Positions 18,536 to 29,377 of a stretch of 64,000 bases of DNA are shown one piece after another. Position 1 is the stretch's first letter. Each line of letters begins with the position of its first letter. Source of the stretch: Bacteroidales bacterium (GTDB taxonomy: Bacteria; Bacteroidota; Bacteroidia; Bacteroidales; JAADJA01); NCBI GenBank assembly GCA_016783885.1, contig JADHVR010000005.1, positions 28,140-92,139 on the forward strand, read 5' to 3'. The position numbers and the translations under genes are program-made. The notes under the pieces are model-generated. The model saw only the letters and a list, made by a program, of their open reading frames with translations. It was not told where the DNA came from and made no database searches.

Positions 18536-19505
18536 ATACTTCCTCCACCATCATCGAAAACAACTCTTCGAGCGACAACCCGTAACTTCTCGCCATTTTC
18601 GGGACAATACTTGCTTCGGTGAGTCCGGGAATGGTGTTCACCTCTAAGAAATACAAACCCGAATCATTAAAAATATAATCGAACCTAACCACTCCTTTGC
18701 AATTCAGCTTTTCATAAAGCAAGGCTGAGGTTTCTTTGCAACTTATTTCCACATCACTTGAAATCCTGGCAGGAACTACCTCTTCTGCCAGCGCGGGGTC
18801 ATACTTTGATTCAAAATCGAAAAACTCCTTTTTACAGATAATTTCCAAAACAGGAAAAATGATGAGTTTTCCTTTGTGTTGTATAATACTACAGGTTATC
18901 TCCCGTCCTTCAATATATTCTTCAATCAATATTTCATCATCTTCCGCAAATGCCTTTTTAATTGCCGGTTCAAGTTCTTCCTGATTATGGACTTTCGACA
19001 TGCCCACACTTGAACCTCCGTTGTTGGGTTTTACAAAAACAGGGAGATTGAATTTTTGCAATATGTCAGAAATATCGGGTCTGTTTGATTTAACAAGGTG
19101 AATACTTCTCGGAGTTGCAACATCGAAATTCAGAATATAATTTTTGCAGAAATACTTATTGAAAGTTAGTGCCGAAGTTGCCTGATTGCATGATGTATAA
19201 GGGATGCCGAGCATATCAAAATATCCTTGCAGCTTCCCGTCCTCGCCGGGTGTGCCGTGAATAGCTATAAAAACGCAGTCGAACCGGATTTTCTCTGATT
19301 TAATTGTTAAAGAAAAATCATTTTTATCAATGAGTATTTTCTGATTCCTTTCATCTTTATAATACCAGTCTTTGCCATTTATTAAAATCGGATAGATATT
19401 ATACTTTTTGTTGTCAAGATATTTTTTAACCACCTGTCCGCTCTGAACCGAAATTTCGAATTCACCGGAATAACCACCTGATAATACTGCAATGTTCTTT
19501 TTCAT
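18534..19505 (-). CDS. ddl: D-alanine--D-alanine ligase
   Basis: GGYSGEFEIS, HGTPGEDG, VKPNNGGSSVG, EVNTIPG. Confidence 0.97.
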   Translation of the reverse strand: MKKNIAVLSGGYSGEFEISVQSGQVVKKYLDNKKYNIYPILINGKDWYYKDERNQKILIDKNDFSLTIKSEKIRFDCVFIAIHGTPGEDGKLQGYFDMLGIPYTSCNQATSALTFNKYFCKNYILNFDVATPRSIHLVKSNRPDISDILQKFNLPVFVKPNNGGSSVGMSKVHNQEELEPAIKKAFAEDDEILIEEYIEGREITCSIIQHKGKLIIFPVLEIICKKEFFDFESKYDPALAEEVVPARISSDVEISCKETSALLYEKLNCKGVVRFDYIFNDSGLYFLEVNTIPGLTEASIVPKMARSYGLSLEELFSMMVEEV

Positions 19506-19663
19506 TTTTCGTTTGGTAAAACTACAAAAATATGTTAAATATAAAAAGCCCTTAGGAGAAAATGAATTTTTAAATATCTTTGCCTGTTAATGATGAATAA
19601 ACTTCACCTTTAGCAGGGTACATTAGAAGAAAGAGGGGATGTTTACTTATACCATATAAACAA

Positions 19664-20467
19664 GTTAGGTGCAAGACAATGAAAACTATGAGAAAATTAC
19701 AATTAATAATCATTTTGTCATTGTTAATATTAATGGAAGGAAAGTCACAAATAAGTGACAAAGAGGAAGACTGTAATATAATTTCAATAGAACAGTTTAA
19801 GAAATTAGAAAATTATAGTGACATAGTTAATAAACTTAAGGAAGAAAACCGAATAGATGTTACTGATGCAGCCCATATTAAAATGGTAAGTAGTCATAGT
19901 TTTGTTGCTTTTAAACAGACTCCTGATTCCATTATAAATCAACATGGTAAAATTAATGAAGGTGACGTTAGTTTAATTTATCAGATTTCAATTAATAATA
20001 GTGATTATATAATAATAATATCAGCATATTTGGGCTTTTGTCATTCATTTAGATATGACATATCACTGAATAGACTTGAGAGAATCGCAAATAAGGGGAG
20101 TATAATCTTATCTGGTGCGGAAGCGATTAGACATAAAAAAATAGACAATTTAGTAATTGTCTTATTTGCTGAGAATAAATATTACGAAATTGGTAATTGG
20201 ATTAAATATTATTCTTTGGATTTGAACAGCAATACTTTTACCCATACAAAAAATTGCAGGATAGTTGATAATGAAGAGGAATGCAAAGAAATAAAGCAAA
20301 TTGATTTAAATAAATATATAAGATATGAAAGTCCAGCACCTAATAAAGGCTCATAGTGCATGCCGCAAGTTGTTGTAAATATGACCATTGAGTGCAAAAA
20401 TAAATATATTTGTAAATAGAAAAATATTACTGGAAAAGCGGTACGCACCATAGCCTAAACGTCAGAC
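19664..20467 (+). mobile_element. Solitary integron-type gene cassette (core site + ORF + attC-like site)
   Basis: GTTAGGTGC at 19664, 15 nt before the ATG, is complementary to GCACCTAAT at 20336. The attC-like imperfect palindrome at 20336-20467 has one extra-helical base. Confidence 0.7.
19679..20356 (+). CDS. Hypothetical exported protein (cassette ORF)
   Basis: 225 aa, signal-peptide-like N-terminus, very AT-rich, reads into the attC (…PAPNKGS*). Confidence 0.7.
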   Translation: MKTMRKLQLIIILSLLILMEGKSQISDKEEDCNIISIEQFKKLENYSDIVNKLKEENRIDVTDAAHIKMVSSHSFVAFKQTPDSIINQHGKINEGDVSLIYQISINNSDYIIIISAYLGFCHSFRYDISLNRLERIANKGSIILSGAEAIRHKKIDNLVIVLFAENKYYEIGNWIKYYSLDLNSNTFTHTKNCRIVDNEEECKEIKQIDLNKYIRYESPAPNKGS

Positions 20468-20667
20468 CGTACAAAAACCCCCTTTTATCAACAAGAATTT
20501 GTTTGCAAAAACAGAGAACCATTTCAAGCAGATCCAATAATTTTAAACATCATTCCGAAGCTTCGGGATCATACATCAAACTTTTTTATCTTTGCCACTG
20601 CATAAGCAATATTTCAGTGATTTTGAAGTTATAAAGAAAATTTTAAAAGGAGTATTCATCCGGGTCC

Positions 20668-21540
20668 ATGCAAATATCGAAATTTGGAAAGAGCGATTTT
20701 CTGAGATTTATATTAAGTAAGAAGTTTTTTTTAAATCTTGGCATTTCTATTATTTTACTGCTAATTATGTTGCTCCTGGCACTTAAGTTCCTTGACATTT
20801 ATACACGGCACGGCAAAGAAATAACTGTTCCTGATTTTTACGGGATGACGTTTACTGAAATTGATTCGGCGAAATACAACAGGCAGTTCGATTTTTTTAT
20901 CATTGATTCGTTATACGACGAAGATAACATGAAGGGATCTATTGTAATACAGGAACCCCTGCCCGGCTCAAAAGTGAAAAAAGGAAGGAACATATACGTT
21001 ACTATTGTTGCTTCAACACCGGAGCAGGTGATAATGCCAGATTTAAAGGATTTAACCTTACGACAGGCAATTAATATTTTGGAATCGGGTAAATTGAAAG
21101 CAGGAAGATTGATATATTCACCCAGCTTTGATAAAAACGCCGTGCTTGAGCAATTATTCAAAGGTGATACTATTATGCCGGGCGATACTTTAAAAAAGGG
21201 TTCGCTTATCGATCTTATCATAGGCACAGGTGAACGATTCTATAAGATACCCATTCCTTTCCTGATTGGTAAAACGAGAGAAGAAGCCATATACGACCTA
21301 AATATTGCTTCGTTTAACCTGGGAAACGAATTTTATATGGATAGTATTAGGGATGAACATGCCAGGGTATTTATGCAGGAGCCTGTGTGGGATTCGGATA
21401 TGCCATATTATCCGGGCGATTCAATACATCTTTGGTATAAATCGGAGGAATTTTTTAATTTTGATGAATATTTAAAAACTTTTTTACCTGATACACTAAA
21501 AGTTGACAGTATTAAAGTTTCAACTTTAATCAGTAATTGA
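20668..21540 (+). CDS. PASTA domain-containing membrane protein
   Basis: N-terminal TM, YTRHG, three PASTA-like repeats (VPDFYG, MPDLKD, IPFLIG). Promoter TATCTTTG at 20587. Confidence 0.92.
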   Translation: MQISKFGKSDFLRFILSKKFFLNLGISIILLLIMLLLALKFLDIYTRHGKEITVPDFYGMTFTEIDSAKYNRQFDFFIIDSLYDEDNMKGSIVIQEPLPGSKVKKGRNIYVTIVASTPEQVIMPDLKDLTLRQAINILESGKLKAGRLIYSPSFDKNAVLEQLFKGDTIMPGDTLKKGSLIDLIIGTGERFYKIPIPFLIGKTREEAIYDLNIASFNLGNEFYMDSIRDEHARVFMQEPVWDSDMPYYPGDSIHLWYKSEEFFNFDEYLKTFLPDTLKVDSIKVSTLISN

Positions 21541-21544
21541 TATA

Positions 21545-23668
21545 ATGAAAAAATTTATTATATATCTTTTTATTCTAATTTTTCCTTTTGTAACTTTTAG
21601 CCAGGAATACCTTACCGGCTTAGTTGGCAATCCTGTTATTAAAAGTTATTTAAAGAAAAAAAACGCAATACCTCAGTTTAAATCCTATATAAAGGAGTAC
21701 CCGCCTATCAGCCTGCCTTTTTTTGATGATTTTTCATATCCGGGAGTTTACCCTGATACAAGCCTCTGGATAGATAATGAAGCTTATGTAAATTCTCACT
21801 TCGCTATTTTCCCGGTGAATTACGGTGTGGCAACTTTTGACGTTCTGGATGCTAATGGTGATTTATATCCCGAAGCAGGTTCGTTTCCATTTATTGCGGA
21901 TCATTTGACTTCTTATCCTATTCGTTTAGATTCTATCATCGATGAAAATTATAAAATTACACCGGCTGATTCCATATATTTCAGTTTTTATTATCAGCCG
22001 CAGGGTAGGGGCGATATTCCCTTATCTTATGATTCCCTTGTGCTTGATTTTGGAATTTATAACGGAGATACAGTGTTTGCCTGGATTGATTCGGTTCTGG
22101 TATATGGATATGAATATTTAAACCCGGGGGAAGATTATATTCCACCATTATCAAAAATACAACCACCATTGGCATGTGATACAAGTATGTGGTACACTTT
22201 ATTGGATACCTTATTTTATAATGATTCGATAATGATTCCCTGTGATTCGGTTTTTGTATTAGACACTGAATGGGCTTCGGTATGGAGCGCCGAAGGAGAT
22301 TCGATAGATGTGTTTATTGAAGAAAACGATGTTTATTTTAAAAGGGTGATGATACCTGTTACTGATACAGCCTGGCTGAAGAAAGATTTTCAGTTCCGGT
22401 TTATGAATTACGGAAGCCTGTCGGTTATAAATAGCTGGCAGAGCAATACTGACCAATGGAATGTTGATATGGTTTATCTGAATATAAACAGGTCGAAAGA
22501 TGATATTTATTTAAGAGATATTTGTTTTACCGAGAATTCTCAGAGTTTTATTAAAGATTATTATTCCATGCCTTTCCGGCAATATGATTATTATTTTCAA
22601 AAAGATACGATAGAAATTTATGCTCATAATCTTGATTCGGCAGATCATACATGTACTTACACTTATTATGTTCAGAACCAGGAGGGAGATACTTTACCCG
22701 CGTTTCATTATGATGGATTTACCGGTATAATGAATCCTTATTTTAATCAAACTATTTCTGAGATACAGCCTTTTGTCAAACCGCCTGTAAACTATTTTTT
22801 TACTTCGACAATTGAAGATAGTGTAAAGTACAGGATAAGCCATGTTATTTATGATGCGGATTCTGTAACAATTGGCGATACAATGGTATTTCACCAGCAA
22901 TTCAGTAATTACTTTGCTTACGACGACGGAACAGCCGAAGTTGGATATGGGTTATCACCGGCTGGCGCTAAACTGGCATACAAGTTCAATTTGGAATATC
23001 CGGATACGCTCAGAGGAGTACAAATGTTTTTCAATAAAACTATGAATAATGCTAATGACAGATCAATTGATATTTGTGTTTGGAACGATGACAACGGCAA
23101 GCCGGGATATTTAATTTATGCATGGGAAAATCGAAAACCCGTGTTTAATAATGGATTTAATGTATTTCATACTTATATCTTTCCTGAATACCTTGTTCTC
23201 GGTGCCGGAATGTTTTATGTCGGTTGGATTCAATCGGCTAATGTGAATATGAATGTCGGGTTCGACAGAAATACAAATTCACGGACAAAGATATTTTATA
23301 ATGTTAACGGAACATGGATAAATTCAAGTTTTGGGGGTTCGTTGATGGTAAGACCCGTGGTAGGAAAAGCGCTTACCGGAAATATAACGGCATACAAAAG
23401 TCAGCCTGCTGATCTTGAGATATATCCGAATCCGCCTGCAAGCAACGGGTTAATCAGCCTGATTCTTCCTTCAGGTTATTCCGACCCTGAAAAACAAAAG
23501 TACCTCACAGTAAGAATTTTTGATATCTGCGGGAAAATAATATTCTCAGAACCTTATTCCGAAAAACCGTTAAATGTTAGCATTTTAAAGCATGGATTGT
23601 ATATTGTAAATCTTTTTGATGCGTCTTACACCAAGAATTACAGCGCTAAACTGCTCATTTTTAAATGA
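21545..23668 (+). CDS. Conserved T9SS type A CTD protein
   Basis: Signal peptide, LPFFDDFS, YFAYDDG, CTD IYPNP...GLYIV...KLLIFK. Confidence 0.85.
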   Translation: MKKFIIYLFILIFPFVTFSQEYLTGLVGNPVIKSYLKKKNAIPQFKSYIKEYPPISLPFFDDFSYPGVYPDTSLWIDNEAYVNSHFAIFPVNYGVATFDVLDANGDLYPEAGSFPFIADHLTSYPIRLDSIIDENYKITPADSIYFSFYYQPQGRGDIPLSYDSLVLDFGIYNGDTVFAWIDSVLVYGYEYLNPGEDYIPPLSKIQPPLACDTSMWYTLLDTLFYNDSIMIPCDSVFVLDTEWASVWSAEGDSIDVFIEENDVYFKRVMIPVTDTAWLKKDFQFRFMNYGSLSVINSWQSNTDQWNVDMVYLNINRSKDDIYLRDICFTENSQSFIKDYYSMPFRQYDYYFQKDTIEIYAHNLDSADHTCTYTYYVQNQEGDTLPAFHYDGFTGIMNPYFNQTISEIQPFVKPPVNYFFTSTIEDSVKYRISHVIYDADSVTIGDTMVFHQQFSNYFAYDDGTAEVGYGLSPAGAKLAYKFNLEYPDTLRGVQMFFNKTMNNANDRSIDICVWNDDNGKPGYLIYAWENRKPVFNNGFNVFHTYIFPEYLVLGAGMFYVGWIQSANVNMNVGFDRNTNSRTKIFYNVNGTWINSSFGGSLMVRPVVGKALTGNITAYKSQPADLEIYPNPPASNGLISLILPSGYSDPEKQKYLTVRIFDICGKIIFSEPYSEKPLNVSILKHGLYIVNLFDASYTKNYSAKLLIFK

Positions 23669-23679
23669 GGTAAATAATT

Positions 23680-24726
23680 ATGGCTGAAGAAAACGGATTC
23701 AGGGAAGAAGATCAGGAACTTTTCGAACATTACAGGTTTGAAGTTGATAGAGGGCAGGGTTTGCTGCGGGTTGATAAGTACCTGATGTTAAAAATTGAGA
23801 ATGCTTCAAGAAATAAGATACAAAGTGCAGCAAATGCAGGTAATATTTTGGTGAATAACAAAGTCGTTAAGCGTTCTTATAAAGTAAAGCCCGATGATAT
23901 CATCTCAGTTTTCATGGCACATCCGATTCGCGAAACAGAACTTATCCCCGAAGATATTCCAGTAGAAATATTGTATGAGGATAACGATGTGATTGTTGTT
24001 AATAAAGTTGCAGGGATGGTGGTTCATCCGGCTTATGGCAATTACCAGGGAACGCTTGTTAATGCTTTGATATATCATTTTCATCTGACAGGAGAAATAC
24101 AAAATAAGAATGGAGCCGGACCATATTTAGTACACAGAATTGACAAAGATACTTCCGGTGTGATAATGGCTGCTAAAAATGAAGAGTCACAGATAAAACT
24201 TGGAAAACAGTTTTATAATCACACCCTTGAAAGAAAATATGTTGCATTGGTTTGGGGAGATGTTAAAGAGGAGCAAGGAACAATTACAGGTAACATAGGG
24301 CGAAGTTTGAAAAACAGAAAAATTTTCAGGGTTTTTCCCGAAGGCGATTATGGTAAACATGCCGTTACTCATTACAAAGTTTTAGAAAGATTCGGATATG
24401 TTACATTGGTTGAATGTAAACTGGAAACAGGTCGTACACATCAGATAAGGGTACATCTTAAATATATCGGACATACTTTGTTCAATGATGAAACTTACGG
24501 GGGAAACGAAATACTTAAAGGGACAACCTTTACAAAGTATAAACAGTTCGTAAAAAATTGTTTTAAAATTTGTCAGCGACAGGCGTTGCATGCCAAATCA
24601 CTTGGGTTTATCCATCCGGCAACCCGAGAAAAAATGTTTTTTGATACGCCGTTACCTCCCGACATGGAAGAAGTATTGGAAAAATGGAGGAAATATGCAG
24701 TACATAAAGCGCTGGGAAAAGAGTAG
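23680..24726 (+). CDS. rluD: RluA/RluD-family pseudouridine synthase with S4 domain
   Basis: S4 RVDKYL, VNKxAGMVVHP, catalytic HRIDKDTSG, GRTHQIR, QALHA. Confidence 0.9.
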   Translation: MAEENGFREEDQELFEHYRFEVDRGQGLLRVDKYLMLKIENASRNKIQSAANAGNILVNNKVVKRSYKVKPDDIISVFMAHPIRETELIPEDIPVEILYEDNDVIVVNKVAGMVVHPAYGNYQGTLVNALIYHFHLTGEIQNKNGAGPYLVHRIDKDTSGVIMAAKNEESQIKLGKQFYNHTLERKYVALVWGDVKEEQGTITGNIGRSLKNRKIFRVFPEGDYGKHAVTHYKVLERFGYVTLVECKLETGRTHQIRVHLKYIGHTLFNDETYGGNEILKGTTFTKYKQFVKNCFKICQRQALHAKSLGFIHPATREKMFFDTPLPPDMEEVLEKWRKYAVHKALGKE

Positions 24727-24910
24727 TTTTTATGTTTATGGTGGCAGTAGCAATAGCATGATAGGTCAGAGAACCAAGAGCCAAAGTTTGGGGATCAAAA
24801 ATCAAACTCTTCAGGGCTAATTTAAGGGGCGTAACTGATACCGCTTTTTTCCTGTTCAGATTGAATAGACTTTTTGCTTAATCCCCATAAATTTAACTTG
24901 CCCCGTCATT

Positions 24911-26032
24911 TTACAATCCAAAACATGACTTTTGAATATGAGTGATCCTGCATGCCAGGTCGAGTTCCCCGGAAGCCACAATAAAAAAATCGCCTGCATC
25001 CGCAATACCACACGAAAAAACAACATCTTCAAGATATATCCGGTCTTTCATTTCCGTAGTCAATTCTTCCCTGGCTTCTAATAAAAATTGCCGGTCTTCC
25101 AATTTTATTATCCTTGATGGGTCTTCCTTATCAAGCAAAGCCCAGAATGTCCGGTAAATCCCAACCTCTCCGCTTGATTCAACTCCGTGATACAGCATCA
25201 GCCAGCCCTTATCTGTCAGGACTGGAGGTGTTCCTCCACCTATTTTGTTATTTGAGATTGTTCCTTTTCTTGCCCTGATAAATGGCTCGTCCCAGGGTTT
25301 CCAGTGAAAAAGGTCAGGTGAAGTTGCCAGTTGGATCACAGGTCCCGGGTTCCATTCGGATGAGTTGCCCGTAGCAAGGTACTGAGAACCCAACGGGCGC
25401 GTTAATGCATAATATTTGTTTCCGGCTTTTCCTTCAAACAGAAGCATATCCTTGTTCTGATGATCCAGGAGAATGCCTCCGAATTCATAGTTTAAACCAT
25501 CTTCACTTATAAAAAGTGTTGTTGCATGACGTTCGGAACTAACTGTGCAGGTGGTCATATAGTATTTACCATCAATGAATGATATCCTGGCATCTTCAAT
25601 ACCATATTCCTGACTCGACCGGTCGGGGGTTATTATTTTATCGTAATGAATTTTTATGATATCCAATCCATCCGGAGAAAGCTCTACGGGCAATAACCAG
25701 GAAATGCTTGTGAGTGCGAAAACAGGCGAGGGTTGATCTTTCAGGTAAAATTCCCTTGGATCATCTGTAACCACTTCATCCAGGGCAAAACCTTCCTCAA
25801 GATATCCTTCCGGTGTCCATCTGATGGTATGAATACTGTTATCATAAATGGGCTGTTGCAATGCTTCGGCTATCCTGACCATAATCAAAAGGTTGCCATC
25901 AGGTAAACGGGTAAGCCCCGGATTGAAAGCACCGAGAACATAAGTCTTTCCTTTAAGATCATTAAAAACAGGTGAAAACGAAAGATCAACATCCTGCGGT
26001 TTGAATACTATTTTATCGGTATCAAAAATCAT
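24911..26032 (-). CDS. GH130-family glycoside phosphorylase/mannosidase
   Basis: GAFNPG, YGIEDARI, NKDMLLF, KIGGGTPP, YHGV, VVFSCG. Confidence 0.88.
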   Translation of the reverse strand: MIFDTDKIVFKPQDVDLSFSPVFNDLKGKTYVLGAFNPGLTRLPDGNLLIMVRIAEALQQPIYDNSIHTIRWTPEGYLEEGFALDEVVTDDPREFYLKDQPSPVFALTSISWLLPVELSPDGLDIIKIHYDKIITPDRSSQEYGIEDARISFIDGKYYMTTCTVSSERHATTLFISEDGLNYEFGGILLDHQNKDMLLFEGKAGNKYYALTRPLGSQYLATGNSSEWNPGPVIQLATSPDLFHWKPWDEPFIRARKGTISNNKIGGGTPPVLTDKGWLMLYHGVESSGEVGIYRTFWALLDKEDPSRIIKLEDRQFLLEAREELTTEMKDRIYLEDVVFSCGIADAGDFFIVASGELDLACRITHIQKSCFGL

Positions 26033-26050
26033 ATCATATTAATATTTATA

Positions 26051-27157
26051 TTAAGCTATTCCACTTAACGGATCCTGCGGATAACGTTTGCAAAGAGCAG
26101 CCAGAATATCTTCATGCGATACTGCCATGTTCATCACCGTATCGTTTCCGCCATAATAAATTAAAATACTTCCGTCTTTATTTCTTAAGGCTCCACAAGT
26201 AAAAACCACTTGAGGAACATGCACATAATCTTCCGGCGAAACATTACAATCAGCAGCAGAGGGAAATAGTACCGGGATATTTGACACTTTCACGTTATCA
26301 GGATTTTCCAAATCATGGAAGGCTACTCCGAGAACATAAGGATTGCCGTCCATCGTGCTTCTGACCCCATGAAAAATATTCAGCCATCCATACTTGGTTT
26401 TTATGGGTGGTGCGCCGGGACCGATTTTATCACCAAAAGCACTGGGAACATCCCCTTGCTTCATAACCGGCTTAGGTTCTATTTCCCAGATGTTCGAATA
26501 AATATCGGAAGTTCGGGCAATCCTTATCTCCTTGAATATTCCACCTGTATGCGAACCTGAGGGATTATCATTAGGACGCATGAGAGTGTGATATTTGTCA
26601 TTTATCTTTTCAGGGAATATAACCACATTACGCATATCTACATTTAAAAGCTCTCCATGCCGGATAAAAGTTTTAAAATCTTTAGTGGTGGCAAGTGACA
26701 CTCTTACCCTGTCCTTTACCGAGCCATGATAGGCGCTGTATGTAATAAAATATGTATCACCTATCTTTGATATCCGCGGGTCTTCCACACCTCCGGCTTC
26801 ATTTTCGATAAGTTTATTAATATTCTTTCCTGCTGCGAAATTATCTTTTTCAGAACACGGTATCATAGCCGGTTTCTTCTGAACCTTCCAATCAGTTAAA
26901 CCATCTGAACTCCTGGCTAAACCAATAACTGAAATCCCGTTTCGAAGATGTGACCTGAACAGCATGATTACGTTTTCCTCAAACCGGGTTATGCCGGCAT
27001 TATGGACAGTTATTACCTGGTATTTCGGATCAGTCCAAATCTTATTCACATCATGACATGTAAGGATGGGGTTGCCTGCCCACCGCACAGCCGGTTTGTT
27101 CAGGTCAACCGTAATAACCTTGTTTTTGATGATTATTTGCCGTTTAATGTTTTTCAT
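26051..27157 (-). CDS. GH130-family glycoside phosphorylase/mannosidase
   Basis: NPIL, VHNAG, GVEDPRI, KIGPGAPP, FHGV, VPQVVFTCG, YYGGND. Confidence 0.9.
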   Translation of the reverse strand: MKNIKRQIIIKNKVITVDLNKPAVRWAGNPILTCHDVNKIWTDPKYQVITVHNAGITRFEENVIMLFRSHLRNGISVIGLARSSDGLTDWKVQKKPAMIPCSEKDNFAAGKNINKLIENEAGGVEDPRISKIGDTYFITYSAYHGSVKDRVRVSLATTKDFKTFIRHGELLNVDMRNVVIFPEKINDKYHTLMRPNDNPSGSHTGGIFKEIRIARTSDIYSNIWEIEPKPVMKQGDVPSAFGDKIGPGAPPIKTKYGWLNIFHGVRSTMDGNPYVLGVAFHDLENPDNVKVSNIPVLFPSAADCNVSPEDYVHVPQVVFTCGALRNKDGSILIYYGGNDTVMNMAVSHEDILAALCKRYPQDPLSGIA

Positions 27158-28454
27158 AAATACTTGACCAATTAACAACATATCCTATAGTAATAAATTG
27201 ATTCATAGTCAATAATGCTTCAATTGTTGATTCAGCCCCTGAATTCAGGTTGACATTGCCGGGTGAAATAATACCATCGTAACACCTGCCACTAACATAA
27301 GGATCAAACATCATTTGATTTGCAATATTATCTCCTGCAAACCAACCGGCTATTTTTTCTGCCTGCCTGAGATATTTTACATCTTGCTTAACTTTACAGG
27401 CTTCAATACTTGCCCATACCATAGGTCTGAAACCATAAGCTATCTGCGGGAACTGCTCCATTTCCAGTATTTCAAATTCATTTTCGTTTTTCTTTATACT
27501 GAAGTGGCTTAAATAGTTTTGCTCTATGAGGTAAGGATAGAAGTTATCAATCTCAATCAAGGCGCTCTGAATGTAATCATCACGTTCTAACAATTTGCCT
27601 GCTCTCAACATTGCATAAGCCTGCATATTTCCGTAGGCATGCCAAATATTATTCCAGCTAAGGTAAGCTCCGTACGGAAATGTTGTGCTATCTCCTTTTT
27701 GCATTATAAGTAATCCATCGGCAAATCGTTCAATTAGCTGAAGCACACGCTCATCTTTATTAACATTTCTGTAATACTGTTCCAATCCAACAATTAAAAG
27801 ACCTGCCTGATCACCGGCTGCTCCATGCGGAAGCCATGCAGGTATTTCAATTCCTTCAATGGTTTCGATATCCATTGGGATCTCCAGATACTCATTATAA
27901 ATATTTTCTGTTAATTTATTTAAAGCCTGCCGGACCCTTCCTGATGTGTAGTGGTAGTTTGCAGGATAACCCGATAATGCCCATAAAGCCCGCCACGACC
28001 ACCAATTAGGCTCAGGCACGGAAGTTTGATAGGTTTTGTTTATAGTGTAATCTCCCCACATAAAATTATAGAAATAACCATTAGGGGCTTGCATATAAAG
28101 CAAAAAATCAGGCATGTAAAAATACATTTCATCGCTGGTAATATCATTTAGGATTGAAAAATTTACCCTCATTGCCCTTGCCACATCATCTACGCAGGTA
28201 AATCCTTCATTTGGTTCAATGGTAAAATTATAATCAGGGTATTCACAGTAGATATGAACTATCCCAAGATTTGTATCACCGGATAATTCTATGGTTTCAT
28301 ATAAATATCTGAGGTGATTCGTATTTAGTAAGTCAAAATCCTTATTTTTATCTTTGTCCTTTTTACATGAAGAACATGATAATGATAAAATAAATAACGA
28401 AAAAAGGAATATGGGAATAATTTTTAATTTTATTGATAAACGATTTAATTTCAT
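27144..28454 (-). CDS. Lipoprotein with predicted (alpha/alpha)6 glycosidase-like fold
   Basis: Lipobox-like LSCSSC, CVDDVARA, WWSWRALWAL, CYDG...NLNSGAESTI. Lies in an operon with GH130s and sugar permeases. Confidence 0.6.
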   Translation of the reverse strand: MKLNRLSIKLKIIPIFLFSLFILSLSCSSCKKDKDKNKDFDLLNTNHLRYLYETIELSGDTNLGIVHIYCEYPDYNFTIEPNEGFTCVDDVARAMRVNFSILNDITSDEMYFYMPDFLLYMQAPNGYFYNFMWGDYTINKTYQTSVPEPNWWSWRALWALSGYPANYHYTSGRVRQALNKLTENIYNEYLEIPMDIETIEGIEIPAWLPHGAAGDQAGLLIVGLEQYYRNVNKDERVLQLIERFADGLLIMQKGDSTTFPYGAYLSWNNIWHAYGNMQAYAMLRAGKLLERDDYIQSALIEIDNFYPYLIEQNYLSHFSIKKNENEFEILEMEQFPQIAYGFRPMVWASIEACKVKQDVKYLRQAEKIAGWFAGDNIANQMMFDPYVSGRCYDGIISPGNVNLNSGAESTIEALLTMNQFITIGYVVNWSSIYEKH

Positions 28455-28464
28455 AGCTGAATGA

Positions 28465-29283
28465 TTAATCTTTTAAACCTGTTGAAGCCATACTCTGAAT
28501 AAAATGTTTCTGGAAAAACAGGTATGCAATAATAATTGGGGCAGCAAGGAATACAGCAGAAGCTAATTTTACACCCAATTGACTTTCAGCTCGTCCACCT
28601 ACGACAAACAAAGTAACCAATTGAGGCAGGGTCATAAACTGTTCTTCACGGATTACGATCAATGGCCATAGAACCTCGTTCCATGAACCCATAAATGCAA
28701 GTATCCCTACTGTTATAATAGTTGGTTTGATATTCGGCCATAAAATAAAAAAAATAATTCTTAGTTCACCGCAACCGTCAATACGGGCAGCATCTATCAG
28801 AGCCTGGGGAAGGCTTTTAAAAGCCTGACGGAACATCAAAATGGCAAAAGTATTGATTAAAAATGGTATTGTCAGGCTCAGGTAAGTATCAACCCAATGT
28901 AGTTTCACCATAATAATATAATTAGGTATCAGGGTGATCTGGAATGGGAGTGTCATGGTGAAAATGATGATCATAAAGATCAGGTTGCGTCCTTTAAATT
29001 CCATACGCGAAAGTGCATATCCCACCATAGATGAAAAAATCAGTGAAAGCCCCGTATTGACAGATGATACAAATAGACTGTTAAACAAAGCTCGTCCGAT
29101 AGGGATCTTACTGACCATGGTTGAATAATTCGAAAGGGTTAATTTGGAAGGGAAGAGGACAAGGCTGCTGATATCCGCTTCAGGAGACAATGATGCCATG
29201 ATCATCCAGAAAAACGGATAGATAAAGGTTATTGCCGCCCCCGACAGGAGTGTATATAATAATATTTTCTTCAGTACTCTCAT
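28465..29283 (-). CDS. Carbohydrate ABC transporter permease (MalG-like)
   Basis: 6 TM, EAA loop LIDAARIDGC, WNEVLWP. Confidence 0.95.
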   Translation of the reverse strand: MRVLKKILLYTLLSGAAITFIYPFFWMIMASLSPEADISSLVLFPSKLTLSNYSTMVSKIPIGRALFNSLFVSSVNTGLSLIFSSMVGYALSRMEFKGRNLIFMIIIFTMTLPFQITLIPNYIIMVKLHWVDTYLSLTIPFLINTFAILMFRQAFKSLPQALIDAARIDGCGELRIIFFILWPNIKPTIITVGILAFMGSWNEVLWPLIVIREEQFMTLPQLVTLFVVGGRAESQLGVKLASAVFLAAPIIIAYLFFQKHFIQSMASTGLKD

Positions 29284-29377
29284 CTTTCTGAATTACAGTA
29301 TCCCTTTAACCCATACGGGCTAACTTCGTGTCGCTAATAACTAATAACTTATAACTTTTGTCTATTAATTATAATTA

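Noticed and set aside
24812-24905. Imperfect inverted repeat between rluD and the GH130 operon as an IS remnant
   Set aside because: Pairing is loose, there is no transposase fragment, and only one copy is seen.
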